A stretch of DNA of 64,000 nt from an uncultured Acidobacteriota bacterium (GTDB lineage: Bacteria; Acidobacteriota; UBA6911). Where the stretch lies: contig CAWEJX010000009.1 in assembly GCA_963809485.1 (NCBI GenBank), forward strand, positions 64,001 to 128,000, read 5' to 3'. Positions 9,571-19,739 of the stretch are shown here, piece after piece; the first letter of the stretch is position 1; each line of letters begins with the position of its first letter. The position numbers and the translations under genes were made by a program. The notes below the pieces were generated by a model. It had not been told where the DNA came from and ran no database searches. It saw only the letters and a list, made by a program, of their open reading frames with translations.

Positions 9571-10033
9571 AGATAAAATTGGATGTCCTGCGAATAATTT
9601 AGGCCCACCCGGATCTCCTGCTGCTCGAGCCTGGCTGCAAACTGCTTAAAACAGGATCGCCAGCAACGCACGGGCTTTTGCCTCCTTATATATGATTATT
9701 GTAATGTCGGTGTTAGTCATCGCTATTTCAGCGTGTTTCAGCGTTCCCCGACCCCGGAGCGGTCCAACTCTGTGAGTGTCTCCCGGCAAAGCCTGAGAGT
9801 TGCCGATACATCAGAATTCGCATCCGGCATGGAGACAAATATGGTACAAAGGTATTTCGCAAGCAGGCTGATTAGTCCCCCGCGTTGGAAGACTCGTTGC
9901 ATGGATAACGGCACGCAGGGGGATTTGTATGCCACATAGGGTATTATCAAGTGGACTCAGAAACCTGCCATGCGGACGGATGGGCATAAAACAAACCGGG
10001 TGCTTTCTTTTTATGGAGTAAGGGAGAAGTTCG

Positions 10034-11659
10034 ATGATTGAAACAGAAATGGCCGATGCATCAAAATCTGGCGGATCCAAAGTAATCAGCTGCCGAACAG
10101 GCAGCGGCTCTGATTCAGGATGGCGTCACCATCAGTTCGCCCATTATCGGTTTGGCCGGTTGGCCCGAAGAGATCGGGCGGGCGATCGCGAAGCGATATG
10201 AGGAAACGGGACATCCGAAGGGACTCACGCTGGTTTGCGGATCCGCGATGGGCAACCACAAGGACAAAGGGCCTCATGTGATCGGCCTCGAAGGATTGAT
10301 CACAAAGTACATCGGAGCTCATACCCACGGATCTCCAAACATCGGAGCGCTCATCCAGAACAACAAGATGCTCGCCTATTGTTTCCCCCAGGGAGTGGTC
10401 GTGCAGCTCTACAGGGAAATCGCCGCAAAACGCGCGGGAATGCTCACCAAAGTCGGACTCGGAACATTCGTCGATCCCCGCATTGAAGGCGGCAAGATGA
10501 ACGATCTGACCCGGAAGGCGCCCGACCTGAACGAAGTCGTGACCTTCGGCGGCGAGGAATATCTGTGGTATAAGCCGTTTCCCATCCACGTCGGCCTGAT
10601 CCGCGGGACAAAGGCCGATGAACGGGGCAATATCTCCATGGAAAAAGAGGGCGCCAATCTTGAAGCCCTTCAGGTGGCCCAGGCAGCCAGAAACTCCGGA
10701 GGCATCATCATTGCCCAGGTGGAATATCTGGCGAAGGCCGGCACGCTCCATGCCAAGTCGATCCAGGTGCCGGGCGTTCTCGTCGATTATGTCGTCGTTG
10801 CCAAGAATCCCCAGGAATTCCACATGCAGAGCGAAGGCATTTACTATCAGCCTGCATTCAGCGGAGATGTCGTCATGCCTCTCGGCGCCCTCCCGAAGCT
10901 TCCATTCGACGACAGACTGTTCATCCTGCGCCGCGCCACGCTGGAGCTTACGGAAAAATCCGTGGTCAACCTGGGCATCGGAATACCCGACAGGCTGGCA
11001 ACCGTCGCGGCGCATGAAGGCGTGACGGACATGCTGACGCTCACGACCGAGGTCGGCGGCGTGGGCGGCGTACCCGCCGGCTGGCCCAATTTCGGGATGA
11101 CCTACAACGCCGAAGCCTTCGTTTGTCACCCGAACATGTTCGACTGGTATGACGGCGGCGGTATCGACCTGGCTTTCCTGGGAATGGGAGAAGTCGACAA
11201 GTTCGGCAACGTGAACGTGAGCAAGTTCAATGGCCGGCCCATCGGATGCGGCGGATTTATCAACATCACGACGTCCTCGAAAAAGGTCGTCTTTTGCGGC
11301 ACTTTTACAACCGGCGGCCTCAAAGTAACCGCCGAGGATGGGAAAGGTAAAAATCCTGCAGGAAGGCAATCACAAAAAATTTCTCGACCATGTCGAACAG
11401 ATCACATTCAGCGGCAAGTATGCGGCCAAAGCCCAACAAGCCCATCCTCTATGTCACTGAACGCGCAGTCTTCAGACTGATCGACGGAGAGGTTACGCTG
11501 ATCGAGATCGCTCCGGGCATCGATCTGGAGAAGGATATCCTGGCGCATATGGACTTCAAGCCCCGCATTGCTCCCGATCTCAAGCTGATGCCGGAAGAGA
11601 TCTTTTATCCGACATGGGGCAAGCTGAAACAGCATATCGAAGCGAAGAGGAATCAATAG
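10034..11659 (+). pseudogene. propionate/acyl-CoA:acetate CoA-transferase (Pct/YdiF family), split by three +1 frameshifts (probably sequencing errors)
   Basis: Motifs PQG, TKVGLGTFVDPR, VVNLGIGIP, TEVG (catalytic Glu), GCGGFINI, VEQITFSG and YVTERAVF are spread over shifting frames at about 10089, 11343 and 11432. Confidence 0.8.
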
Positions 11660-11703
11660 TCCCCGAGTCTTCCAAAAACCCGATCAGACCGGCCCATGCC
11701 AAG

Positions 11704-11750
11704 AAAGGCATCCCCGGCGTCCCGTTAGCCGGGGATGCCTTTTTGCTTTT
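11704..11750 (+). terminator. intrinsic terminator
   Basis: AAAGGCATCCCCGGC-loop-GCCGGGGATGCCTTTTTGCTTTT. Confidence 0.8.
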
Positions 11751-11836
11751 ACCGCGCGACTCCACAGTTGCGGTATCGTGTAAAGCAACTGGGTCGGTAG
11801 CGATTTAATAATTCCTATCCGCATGAATGGCAGCCT

Positions 11837-12601
11837 ATGACGGATCCGACACTGCGCTTTTCCAGCCGGGTTGAAAACTACGTCCAGTACCGTCCGCGAT
11901 ATCCGAGGGAAGTGATTGAGACCCTCCAAGAGGAGCGTGCGCTTAATGCTTCCTCGATAGTCGCCGATATCGGTTCCGGAGCCGGCGCCCTGACAGAACT
12001 TTTCCTTCAAAACGGGAACCGTGTATATGCCGTCGAGCCCAATCGGGAAATGCGAGAAGCTGCCGAGCTCCTCCTGCGGGATCATCCGGGTTTCCGCAGC
12101 GTTGAAGGCAGGGCGGAAGCTACGAACTTGGAACGCCAATGCGTGGATCTTGTCGCGGTAGGTCAGGCGTTCCACTGGTTCGATCCAGGGGAGACGCGCC
12201 GTGAGTTTTTGCGCATTCTCCACCCTCCCGCGTGGGTGATGGTGGTTTGGAATGAGCGGGAATTCCAGACGACACAATTCCTTATCGACTACGATCAGCT
12301 TCTTCAGCGCTATGCGCCGGACTATGCCCGGGTGGCGCATAAACGTGTTTACGATACCGCCCTGTCCGATTTCTTCGGACCCTCCGGCTTTACCTCAAGA
12401 ACGTTCAGATATCGTCAGGTGTTGGATTTTGCAGGTGTCCGGGGACGCATGCTTTCGTCATCCTATACGCCCGAGCCCGGTCATCCCAATCACGAGCCGA
12501 TGATGGCCGAGCTGTCAAGAATCTATAAAACCCATGAAGTAAATGGGCGTGTAACATTCGAGTACATCACCAGGATGTACTACGGCCGGTTGACAGACTA
12601 G
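11837..12601 (+). CDS. class I SAM-dependent methyltransferase
   Basis: Motifs RFSSRVENY..YRP.YP, VADIGSGAG, AVEPN and QAFHWF. Confidence 0.9.
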   Translation: MTDPTLRFSSRVENYVQYRPRYPREVIETLQEERALNASSIVADIGSGAGALTELFLQNGNRVYAVEPNREMREAAELLLRDHPGFRSVEGRAEATNLERQCVDLVAVGQAFHWFDPGETRREFLRILHPPAWVMVVWNEREFQTTQFLIDYDQLLQRYAPDYARVAHKRVYDTALSDFFGPSGFTSRTFRYRQVLDFAGVRGRMLSSSYTPEPGHPNHEPMMAELSRIYKTHEVNGRVTFEYITRMYYGRLTD

Positions 12602-12773
12602 CCCGCCTTTACCCCGGAAATCCTCTTATGGCTCCGATCCCGGCATGTCCCTCCAAAATGGTTGCAGATCATGGGTCACAGGCTAAAAAGCTGCTCACAG
12701 GGCAAGGGGAGCCAAAGAGAGACGTGGAGAAGATCGACTGCGGGGAAAGGTATCAGGCAAAGAGTGGTGTTGT

Positions 12774-12980
12774 TCAGGCGGTTTCTTCGTACCAGCTGCC
12801 ATACGGCTCGGATTCGAGCTCTGCGAATGACGCAATCCGGGATAGCTCCAATAAAGGATACGGCGGGATGGCATCAAACTGCAGCGACATGCGATGCTCG
12901 CATTCAGAGCAGCCGCGTATAAACAGCCACGCTATCATGAGAAGAAATAGATAAATCCCAAATCCGATAATCCACAACAT
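12774..12980 (-). CDS. small membrane-anchored hypothetical protein
   Basis: N-terminal hydrophobic helix MLWIIGFGIYLFLLMIAWLFIRG, with a sigma54 promoter upstream. Confidence 0.45.
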   Translation of the reverse strand: MLWIIGFGIYLFLLMIAWLFIRGCSECEHRMSLQFDAIPPYPLLELSRIASFAELESEPYGSWYEETA

Positions 12981-13054
12981 ATCTGCCCGTCCCTGGAAAA
13001 TTAGGATTGATGACAAATTTCCAACAAGCACTTGCTTTGGATAATGATCATGCA

Positions 13055-13070
13055 AGCAAAATCCGCGCCA
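13055..13070 (-). promoter_or_regulatory. sigma54 -24/-12 promoter
   Basis: Minus strand TGGCGC-GGATT-TTGCT with correct GG-N10-GC spacing, and an AT-rich IHF-like tract upstream. Confidence 0.55.
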
Positions 13071-13532
13071 ACCCGGAACAACTCGACCTGGTGCCATAAC
13101 CCTTTGATAATCATCACTTTATTGAATTTATTGGGCGATGCATCGTTTGTCGCAACCAAAGCCACTTCAGGGCATAAACGGACTGCCACAGGGCAATTAT
13201 TCCACATCTTATTGATAAATAATCATTTATCCCATAGGGGAAAATTTCCCGGATCCCGTTTGTATTTTGCAACCTCAACCGACTCTGCATTGCGGGAAAT
13301 TCCCTGCCCCGCGTCTATCGCAGGGTGTATACTCGGGTTTCGGAGCGCTGCATGCCTTCGGAATCCCGTGCAGCACAAACATTTCACTTGAGGATGCCAG
13401 TCGCAAAGGATTCTGCGCCGGCGGCTGGAAGAGTTGTTTCTAAAGTGCATCACCACGCTGTGAAGTTCTTCCTGATAGATAGGTGTCCGGCGGATGCGGC
13501 CCCGGAGAAGAACTGGTGATGGGAGGTAAATC

Positions 13533-15338
13533 ATGGAAAAGCGCCAAAAGTTCTCCGTCTGGTACGTCCTTCTGGGCATATGGGTGGTGCTGATCGTCCA
13601 GAGTTACATCGCCTCCATGCTCGCAGCCCAAATGATGCCGTACAGCCGTTTCCTGGACCTCCTTAAGAACGGAAAGATTGTCGAGGTAGCTGTTACGGCC
13701 AATCAGATCGAGGGCAAGATGAAAGTGGACGGAGGGGCGCCCGGAGAGACAAAGGCTTTCCACACCGTCCGTGTGGACCCGGAATTGTCCACCCTGCTCG
13801 ACCAGTACAAGGTTGTTTTCAAAGGGGAAATCGAGTCGACGTTTTTGCGCGACATTTTTTCATGGATTTTTCCCCTGCTGCTGTTTGTGGGCATCTGGTA
13901 CTTCTTCATAAAGAGGATGGGAGCCCAACAGGCCGGCTTCATGACGCTCGGCAAAAACAAAGCAAAGATTTATGTACAGGATGAATTGAACGTTACATTC
14001 AAGGACGTTGCCGGCGTGGATGAAGCCGAGCAGGAATTGGTCGAGGTCGTTGAATTCCTGAAATCCCCGGGGAAATTCACGGAACTGGGCGGGAGGATCC
14101 CCAAGGGCATTCTCCTCGTCGGTCCTCCGGGAGCCGGGAAAACCCTCCTGGCTAAAGCTGTGGCTGGGGAGAGCGGCGTCCCCTTCTTCAGTCTGTCCGG
14201 GTCGGAGTTCGTCGAAATGTTCGTGGGTCTTGGGGCGGCCCGCGTGCGCGACCTTTTCGCCCAGGCCAAAGAGAAAGCCCCGTGCATCATATTTATCGAT
14301 GAACTCGATGCCCTGGGAAAGGCCCGGGGAGTTGCTGCCATCGGCGGACACGACGAAAGGGAACAAACCCTCAATCAGCTCCTGGTGGAAATGGACGGCT
14401 TCGATCCGAACGCAGGAGTTATTCTCATGGCTGCAACCAACAGGCCGGAGATTCTGGATCCCGCCCTCCTGAGACCGGGCCGGTTCGATCGCCATGTCCT
14501 CGTAGACCGTCCGGATAAAGCAGGACGGGTGGAAATCCTCAAGGTGCACCTGAAAAAAATAAAAATGGTTTCGGATCTTGACGTGGAGAAGCTCGCCGGC
14601 ATGACATCCGGGATGGTAGGGGCGGACCTTGCCAACCTGGTCAATGAAGCCGCGCTACTTGCCGTCCGGCGGAACAGGAAAGAGGTGGGGATGGCGGACT
14701 TCGAGGAGGCTGTCGAGCGAATCGTGGCAGGGCTCGAAAAGAAGAACCGCCTGATAAATCCGGAGGAGAGGAAAGTCGTTGCGTATCACGAGATGGGCCA
14801 CGCCCTGATAGCCCTCTCTTTGCCCGGCACGGATCCCGTGCAAAAAATTTCCATCATTCCGCGCGGCATTGCGGCTTTGGGCTACACCATGCAGGTCCCG
14901 ACCGAGGATCGCTTCCTGATGAAGAAGACCGAGCTTCTCAACAAGATCGCATCACTGCTGGGAGGCAGGGCTGCGGAGGAGATCATATTCGGGGACATCT
15001 CCACCGGCGCTCATAACGATCTGGCCAGAGCTACAGATATAGCGAAAAGCATGATCAAGGAATACGGCATGAGCGACAAATTAGGTCAGGTGTACTTCTC
15101 CCGGGAAAAGCGCCAGCAGTTTCTCGACCTGGGCGTGCAGGAAACAGCCGATTACAGCAACGCCACGGCAGAGTCCATAGACCGGGAAATCAGCGCAATC
15201 ATCAACAGGGAATATGCCCGGGCGATGGAAATTCTCAAAAGCAGGAAAGGCATCCTCGAAAAAGGGGCTGCCCTGCTACTCGAAAAAGAAAAAATCGAGG
15301 GGCCGGAACTGCAGGCGCTTGTTGCCGCAAACCTGTGA
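13533..15338 (+). CDS. ftsH: ATP-dependent zinc metalloprotease FtsH
   Basis: Two TM segments, Walker A GPPGAGKT, Walker [20 protein letters not shown], and HEMGH zinc motif. Confidence 0.96.
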   Translation: MEKRQKFSVWYVLLGIWVVLIVQSYIASMLAAQMMPYSRFLDLLKNGKIVEVAVTANQIEGKMKVDGGAPGETKAFHTVRVDPELSTLLDQYKVVFKGEIESTFLRDIFSWIFPLLLFVGIWYFFIKRMGAQQAGFMTLGKNKAKIYVQDELNVTFKDVAGVDEAEQELVEVVEFLKSPGKFTELGGRIPKGILLVGPPGAGKTLLAKAVAGESGVPFFSLSGSEFVEMFVGLGAARVRDLFAQAKEKAPCIIFIDELDALGKARGVAAIGGHDEREQTLNQLLVEMDGFDPNAGVILMAATNRPEILDPALLRPGRFDRHVLVDRPDKAGRVEILKVHLKKIKMVSDLDVEKLAGMTSGMVGADLANLVNEAALLAVRRNRKEVGMADFEEAVERIVAGLEKKNRLINPEERKVVAYHEMGHALIALSLPGTDPVQKISIIPRGIAALGYTMQVPTEDRFLMKKTELLNKIASLLGGRAAEEIIFGDISTGAHNDLARATDIAKSMIKEYGMSDKLGQVYFSREKRQQFLDLGVQETADYSNATAESIDREISAIINREYARAMEILKSRKGILEKGAALLLEKEKIEGPELQALVAANL

Positions 15339-15366
15339 ATGTTCATTCATCCTGGAGCAAACTATC

Positions 15367-15678
15367 ATGAGTTCCAATCCTTTGCAGCGGACATCCGTTA
15401 TTGCCCAACTCCTGAGGCGTCTGAACCTGCGGTACCCGACGCTATTCCTCCTCATGGGCGGTCTGACGCTGATCGATTTCCTGGTGCCCGACTTCATCCC
15501 TTTTGTAGATGAAATCGGGCTCGCGTGTCTCACAATTTTGTTGGGATCATGGAAAGGCCGTAAGGTCCCGCCTCCGAGACGAAGCCTCCTGACACGCGAT
15601 CGCCGGCTCCTGCAAGCTGACCTGAATAACGAATCCCTGGTTTACCGCGACAGGATTCCGATGTTGCTCATCCTCTAA
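15367..15678 (+). CDS. small membrane protein (DUF6116-like)
   Basis: LRYPTLFLL...LIDFLVPDFIPFVDEI.L motif. The C-terminal tail may be read-through. Confidence 0.6.
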   Translation: MSSNPLQRTSVIAQLLRRLNLRYPTLFLLMGGLTLIDFLVPDFIPFVDEIGLACLTILLGSWKGRKVPPPRRSLLTRDRRLLQADLNNESLVYRDRIPMLLIL

Positions 15679-16370
15679 GCCTTCACGACTTCTTCGAAAT
15701 CAAAGCGCCCGCGCCGGACTTCCCCGTACTTTTCGAAACTGTCAATCCAGCCCTGAACCCTTTCCTCACCATAGGTTCTTTTGAATGCGGCCACAATTTC
15801 CAGTACCGGGATGTCCGCGTAACTGCCGTAAAACTCCACATATTCCATAAATCTTCTGTTGTCGGGGCTGTAAGGCTGAAAAATCGAGTCTTCCCGGCCG
15901 TTGAAGTCCAGCGGCTTGACCCCGTGCCGCTCGCACAGTTCCCTGTTGAATGCGGGCGTGGCTTTAATCCATTGGCCGTTCAGGAAAAATTCCGTAAAGG
16001 CATGGTAGACGAACAGGTCCGACCCCATGAATTCCAGCAGCTGCCGAGTGGCCAGATGGTTCCGCACCGTAGCGAAACCGATGCGGGACGGGATGCCGAC
16101 GGCTCTTCCGAGGGCGCACAGGAGCGACGCCTTGGGAATGCAGAATCCCCGCTTCCCTTTTAACACATTGCTGGCGCGGTAACGGTCGGAGCTATGGAAT
16201 GGATAGTAAGGGTCATACCAGATGCCGTCCCGTACGGCATAGTAGAGACACATGGCCCAGTCGACGGGATTCAGATCGTCCCCGATCTTCTCCCGGGCGA
16301 AGGCCCGGATTTCCGCATGATCACTGTCGATGATGGCTGTAGGTTCCAGATAGGGTGCCAACAAATCCAT
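15675..16370 (-). CDS. transglutaminase-like family protein
   Basis: YLEPTAIIDSDH, VRDGIWYDPY, GFCIPKA (catalytic Cys), YHA and WIKATP. Confidence 0.88.
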   Translation of the reverse strand: MDLLAPYLEPTAIIDSDHAEIRAFAREKIGDDLNPVDWAMCLYYAVRDGIWYDPYYPFHSSDRYRASNVLKGKRGFCIPKASLLCALGRAVGIPSRIGFATVRNHLATRQLLEFMGSDLFVYHAFTEFFLNGQWIKATPAFNRELCERHGVKPLDFNGREDSIFQPYSPDNRRFMEYVEFYGSYADIPVLEIVAAFKRTYGEERVQGWIDSFEKYGEVRRGRFDFEEVVKA

Positions 16371-16483
16371 AGTTCCGTTCTCCCTGTATCGCGGGCATTA
16401 TAAACCATTTGCGAACTCCGCCGCTGCCCCGAAAAATCCCGGATTTGAAAATTGGCGTTGCGGGACCCGTTTATTATATAGTT

Positions 16484-18535
16484 ATGGGCATGGATAATGT
16501 TTCGAAGCGTTATCACACGCTGCTCGAAATATCCGAAGCCATCGCTGCCCATTATCAGTTTTCAGATTTTTTTCAGTCTTTGAAAAGCAGCCTTGGGCGG
16601 ATTATTCGCTTTGACAGCTTCGGTATTTCCCTGTATGACCCGGAGCAGCAGACGAGCCGGCTGTACATGCTCGAACCCGACATGCCCGTGGAATTCCCCG
16701 TCGGAAGGATTTTTCGCGCGGATGAAACCCCGAATGCCTCGGTACTCCAAACGCTGCAGCCCTATTACGCCCCGGATGTTGAGCAGGACCATCGCTTTCC
16801 TGAAGTCTCCGGCTCCATGCGGCGCCAGGGAATCAGGAGCTGCTGCGTGCTGCCCCTTCACACGGCCCGGCGCAGGCTGGGAGTCCTGTTTTTCGGGGCT
16901 GCGGTAAAAAATGCTTATCCCAGCGGGGACATCGAGTTCATGCAGGATGCGGCCCGTCAGATCGGCGTGGCGCTGGAAAACCTGCTGAACCACGAAGCTG
17001 CTGCCGCGATGCAGGCAGAACTGGCCAATGAGCGCGACCATCTTCAGCTGCTGCTCGACGTGAGTGATGCGGTGGCTGCCGAACTGGACATCCGGAAGCT
17101 TTTCGTCTCCATCTCGACCTGCCTGAGGAAGCTGCTGAAAGCTGAGTTCGCAAGTCTCACCCTCATCGACGAGGACACAGGGCTCCTGCGGCGCCTGTCG
17201 CTTGATTTTCCGGGCAGCCGGGGCGTATTTGAAGAAAACGCGCTGCTGCCACGCGAAGGGACTCCAGCAGGCGAAGCGTTATCAAAACGGGCTCCGGCTC
17301 TGTGGCTCCGGGAGAAAATGGAAAGCGTCAACCAGCCCTGGGCCAGGAACCTGCTCCGGGAGGGATTGGTCGAGTTCTGCGCAGCCCCTCTTATATCACG
17401 GCAGCGAGAACTCGGCACGCTCAACCTTCTCAGCCGGCGCGAGGGCGCTTTCAGCGAATCCCACATCAAGCTGCTCCTGGAAGTTGCGGCGCATTTCGCG
17501 ATCGCGCTGGACAATGCCCTTGCATACCGCCGCATCGGGGAGCTGAATCAGAAACTGGCCAAGGAAAACCTTTACCTGACGGACGAGATCCGCAGCAATT
17601 ATTTATTCGAAGAAATTATCGGCGAAAGTAAAAGCCTGCAGAAAGCCCTGAAACAGGTTGATCTCGTAGCCCCTTCGGATTCGACGGTGCTGATATGCGG
17701 CGAGACAGGAACCGGCAAGGAACAAATCGCCCGCGCCATCCACAACCTCAGTGAGCGCCGGATGAGCACGTTCGTTAAACTCAACTGCGCAGCCATACCG
17801 ACCGGGCTGCTCGAAAGCGAAATGTTCGGACATGAAAAGGGAGCATTCACGGGCGCCATCGCTCAGCGCATCGGCCGCTTCGAGCTTGCGCATCGCGGCA
17901 CGCTGTTCCTGGATGAAATCGGCGACATCCCGCTCGAGCTCCAGTCAAAACTGTTGCGCGTGCTGCAGGAACAGGAATTCGAGCGGCTGGGGAGCGGAAG
18001 CACCATTCGGGTGGACGTTCGACTTGTCGCCGCTACCAACCGCAATCTTCCGGAAATGGTGGAAAAGGGAGAATTCCGGAATGACCTGTTTTATCGGCTG
18101 AATGTTTTCCCGATTGTTTTGCCGCCGTTGCGGCAGCGCAGCGATGATATTCCGCTGTTGGTCCGGTATTTTGCTCAGCAGGTCGCACGGCGCATGGGAA
18201 AGAAGATCCGCACAATCCCCGCAGAGACCATGGATAAGCTGGTTCGGTATCCCTGGCCGGGAAACGTGCGGGAACTGCAGAATCTGATTGAAAGGGCCGT
18301 AATCCTCTCTCCCGGGGACGTGCTGCAGGTACCGATCACCGAACTGAAAATTCCTTCCACACCAGCCGGGCACCCCGCGCAGACTCTTGAACAGGCCGAG
18401 CGCCTGCACGTCCTTGATGCATTGCGCGAGACCAACTGGGTTGTCAGCGGGCCGCGCGGAGCAGCCGCGCGGCTGGGCTTGAAACGCTCCACCCTTCAAT
18501 CCCGCATGAAAAAGCTTGGCATCCGCAAGGCATAG
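16484..18535 (+). CDS. FhlA-type sigma54 enhancer-binding protein (two GAF domains, AAA+, Fis HTH)
   Basis: GETGTGKE, GAFTGA, LFLDEIG, WPGNVREL and C-terminal GAAARLGLKRSTL, with two N-terminal GAF-like repeats. Confidence 0.92.
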   Translation: MGMDNVSKRYHTLLEISEAIAAHYQFSDFFQSLKSSLGRIIRFDSFGISLYDPEQQTSRLYMLEPDMPVEFPVGRIFRADETPNASVLQTLQPYYAPDVEQDHRFPEVSGSMRRQGIRSCCVLPLHTARRRLGVLFFGAAVKNAYPSGDIEFMQDAARQIGVALENLLNHEAAAAMQAELANERDHLQLLLDVSDAVAAELDIRKLFVSISTCLRKLLKAEFASLTLIDEDTGLLRRLSLDFPGSRGVFEENALLPREGTPAGEALSKRAPALWLREKMESVNQPWARNLLREGLVEFCAAPLISRQRELGTLNLLSRREGAFSESHIKLLLEVAAHFAIALDNALAYRRIGELNQKLAKENLYLTDEIRSNYLFEEIIGESKSLQKALKQVDLVAPSDSTVLICGETGTGKEQIARAIHNLSERRMSTFVKLNCAAIPTGLLESEMFGHEKGAFTGAIAQRIGRFELAHRGTLFLDEIGDIPLELQSKLLRVLQEQEFERLGSGSTIRVDVRLVAATNRNLPEMVEKGEFRNDLFYRLNVFPIVLPPLRQRSDDIPLLVRYFAQQVARRMGKKIRTIPAETMDKLVRYPWPGNVRELQNLIERAVILSPGDVLQVPITELKIPSTPAGHPAQTLEQAERLHVLDALRETNWVVSGPRGAAARLGLKRSTLQSRMKKLGIRKA

Positions 18536-18595
18536 ACTCCATCCGCGTAAATCATAGACCCATTTTAACCAGTGCTTCCCCGAATTGCCCGTGAA

Positions 18596-18629
18596 TGCCG
18601 AAAGCCCGGCATATGCCGATATATCGGCA
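18596..18629. promoter_or_regulatory. tandem palindromic upstream activator sequences
   Basis: TGCCG-AAAGCC-CGGCA (18596-18611) and the perfect palindrome TGCCGATATATCGGCA (18614-18629), 65-100 bp upstream of a sigma54 promoter. Confidence 0.65.
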
Positions 18630-18692
18630 CTGAAAAAGCGGCAATCTGTCCCAATAATTCTCTAAGTCATTCTTCTTCAACAGACAAGCAAT

Positions 18693-18708
18693 TGGCACGC
18701 AATTTGCA
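18693..18708 (+). promoter_or_regulatory. sigma54 -24/-12 promoter
   Basis: TGGCAC-GCAAT-TTGCA, a consensus match. Confidence 0.8.
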
Positions 18709-18737
18709 ATAGATAAAATCCGTGGGGGACGAACAAA

Positions 18738-19022
18738 ATGCTAAAAATTACCACCATCGATGCAAACGGTACCAGAAAGCTAAAGCTTGAAGGGAAGCTC
18801 AAAGAGGCATGGGTTCTCGAGCTTGAGCAGTGCTGGCGGAGTCTGGATGGGCGAAGGAGGATTGTCGTCGATCTGACGGACGTTGATTTTGTGGACACGG
18901 CCGGCAAATATCTGCTGGCTCTTATGTATGGCCGCGGCGCCCGCTTTGTTGCGGACAGCCCGATGATGAAGCAGTACCTGGCCAAGCTTGTGGCCACTTC
19001 CAAGCACCTGACAAACAATTGA
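18738..19022 (+). CDS. STAS-domain (anti-anti-sigma-like) protein
   Basis: LKLEGKL...WV.ELE.CW and VVDLTDVDFVDTAG STAS motif. Confidence 0.8.
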   Translation: MLKITTIDANGTRKLKLEGKLKEAWVLELEQCWRSLDGRRRIVVDLTDVDFVDTAGKYLLALMYGRGARFVADSPMMKQYLAKLVATSKHLTNN

Positions 19023-19112
19023 TGTCAGGCTGGCCTCTGGATCAATGAATCTGCGCAATCGAGGCTGCGCTATAGATCCTCTGCTGCGGCTGGATTCCTG
19101 AAAGGTGAAAGA

Positions 19113-19307
19113 ATGATCGGCAAAGAACGATGGGTTGAGATCATGCGGGCAGCGGGCATGGACGATCAGGATATGCACAGCTGGCATGAACAATTTGAAA
19201 AACTCGAACCCGGCGCGCACCAGGAATTTCTCGAATTCCTGGGTATTGAAACCTCCGAAATCAAAAAAATACGCGAATGGAGCCGCGGCGCCGGCCCATC
19301 CCGCTAA
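19113..19307 (+). CDS. small protein resembling the C-terminal domain of some MerR regulators
   Basis: KERWVEIMRAAGM...MHSWH..FEK..P.AHQEFLEFLGI...EI..IR.WS pattern (recalled similarity). Confidence 0.6.
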   Translation: MIGKERWVEIMRAAGMDDQDMHSWHEQFEKLEPGAHQEFLEFLGIETSEIKKIREWSRGAGPSR

Positions 19308-19600
19308 AAAATCCGGGAAGACGAAATAACCGGCGCGGCCGGCGCCATAATCTTGATGAAGTAAACTTCTGAGCCGGCCGCGCTGCGCATTCCGTGTTCC
19401 TTAAGGACGTAGTCCCCGCTTAGAGACCCCTCCTCCAGGTTTCCCTAAACAAAAAAATTCCTTTCCCCGTCTTCTGGCGTATAGTCGAAGCACTTGGTGA
19501 TTTCATTGGCAATTCGTGCAAAAGACCTGGCCAAGGGGCTTCGCTTCTTGAAATCCCCTCGCGCGCAACCCTTGATGGAATTCGAAGCGCTCAGGGATTT

Positions 19601-19637
19601 GGAACTGGAAACTGGAAACTCTGAACTGGGAACTGAA
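19601..19637. repeat. heptamer tandem tract (GAAACTG-like)
   Basis: GGAACTGGAAACTGGAAACTCTGAACTGGGAACTGAA. A reverse-complement-like tract occurs at 35593-35622. Confidence 0.5.
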
Positions 19638-19739
19638 TTTTCTAAACTATTTCGATACACAATTTTCTGAGTAAGCGCCTATTCTGCTGTAATGACAGAT
19701 TCATTGGGTCCTGCATGTTCGCAAAACGGGAGGGAACAA

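Noticed and set aside
10086-11369. 427-aa minus-strand ORF
   Set aside because: Antisense shadow of the CoA-transferase.
10034-11659. Programmed frameshifting in the CoA-transferase
   Set aside because: No slippery heptamer or stimulatory structure is evident, and the same +1 pattern in unrelated genes points to sequencing error.
19517-19533. Possible minus-strand sigma54 promoter TGGCCAGGTCTTTTGCA
   Set aside because: The GG-to-GC spacing is 11 nt rather than the required 10.
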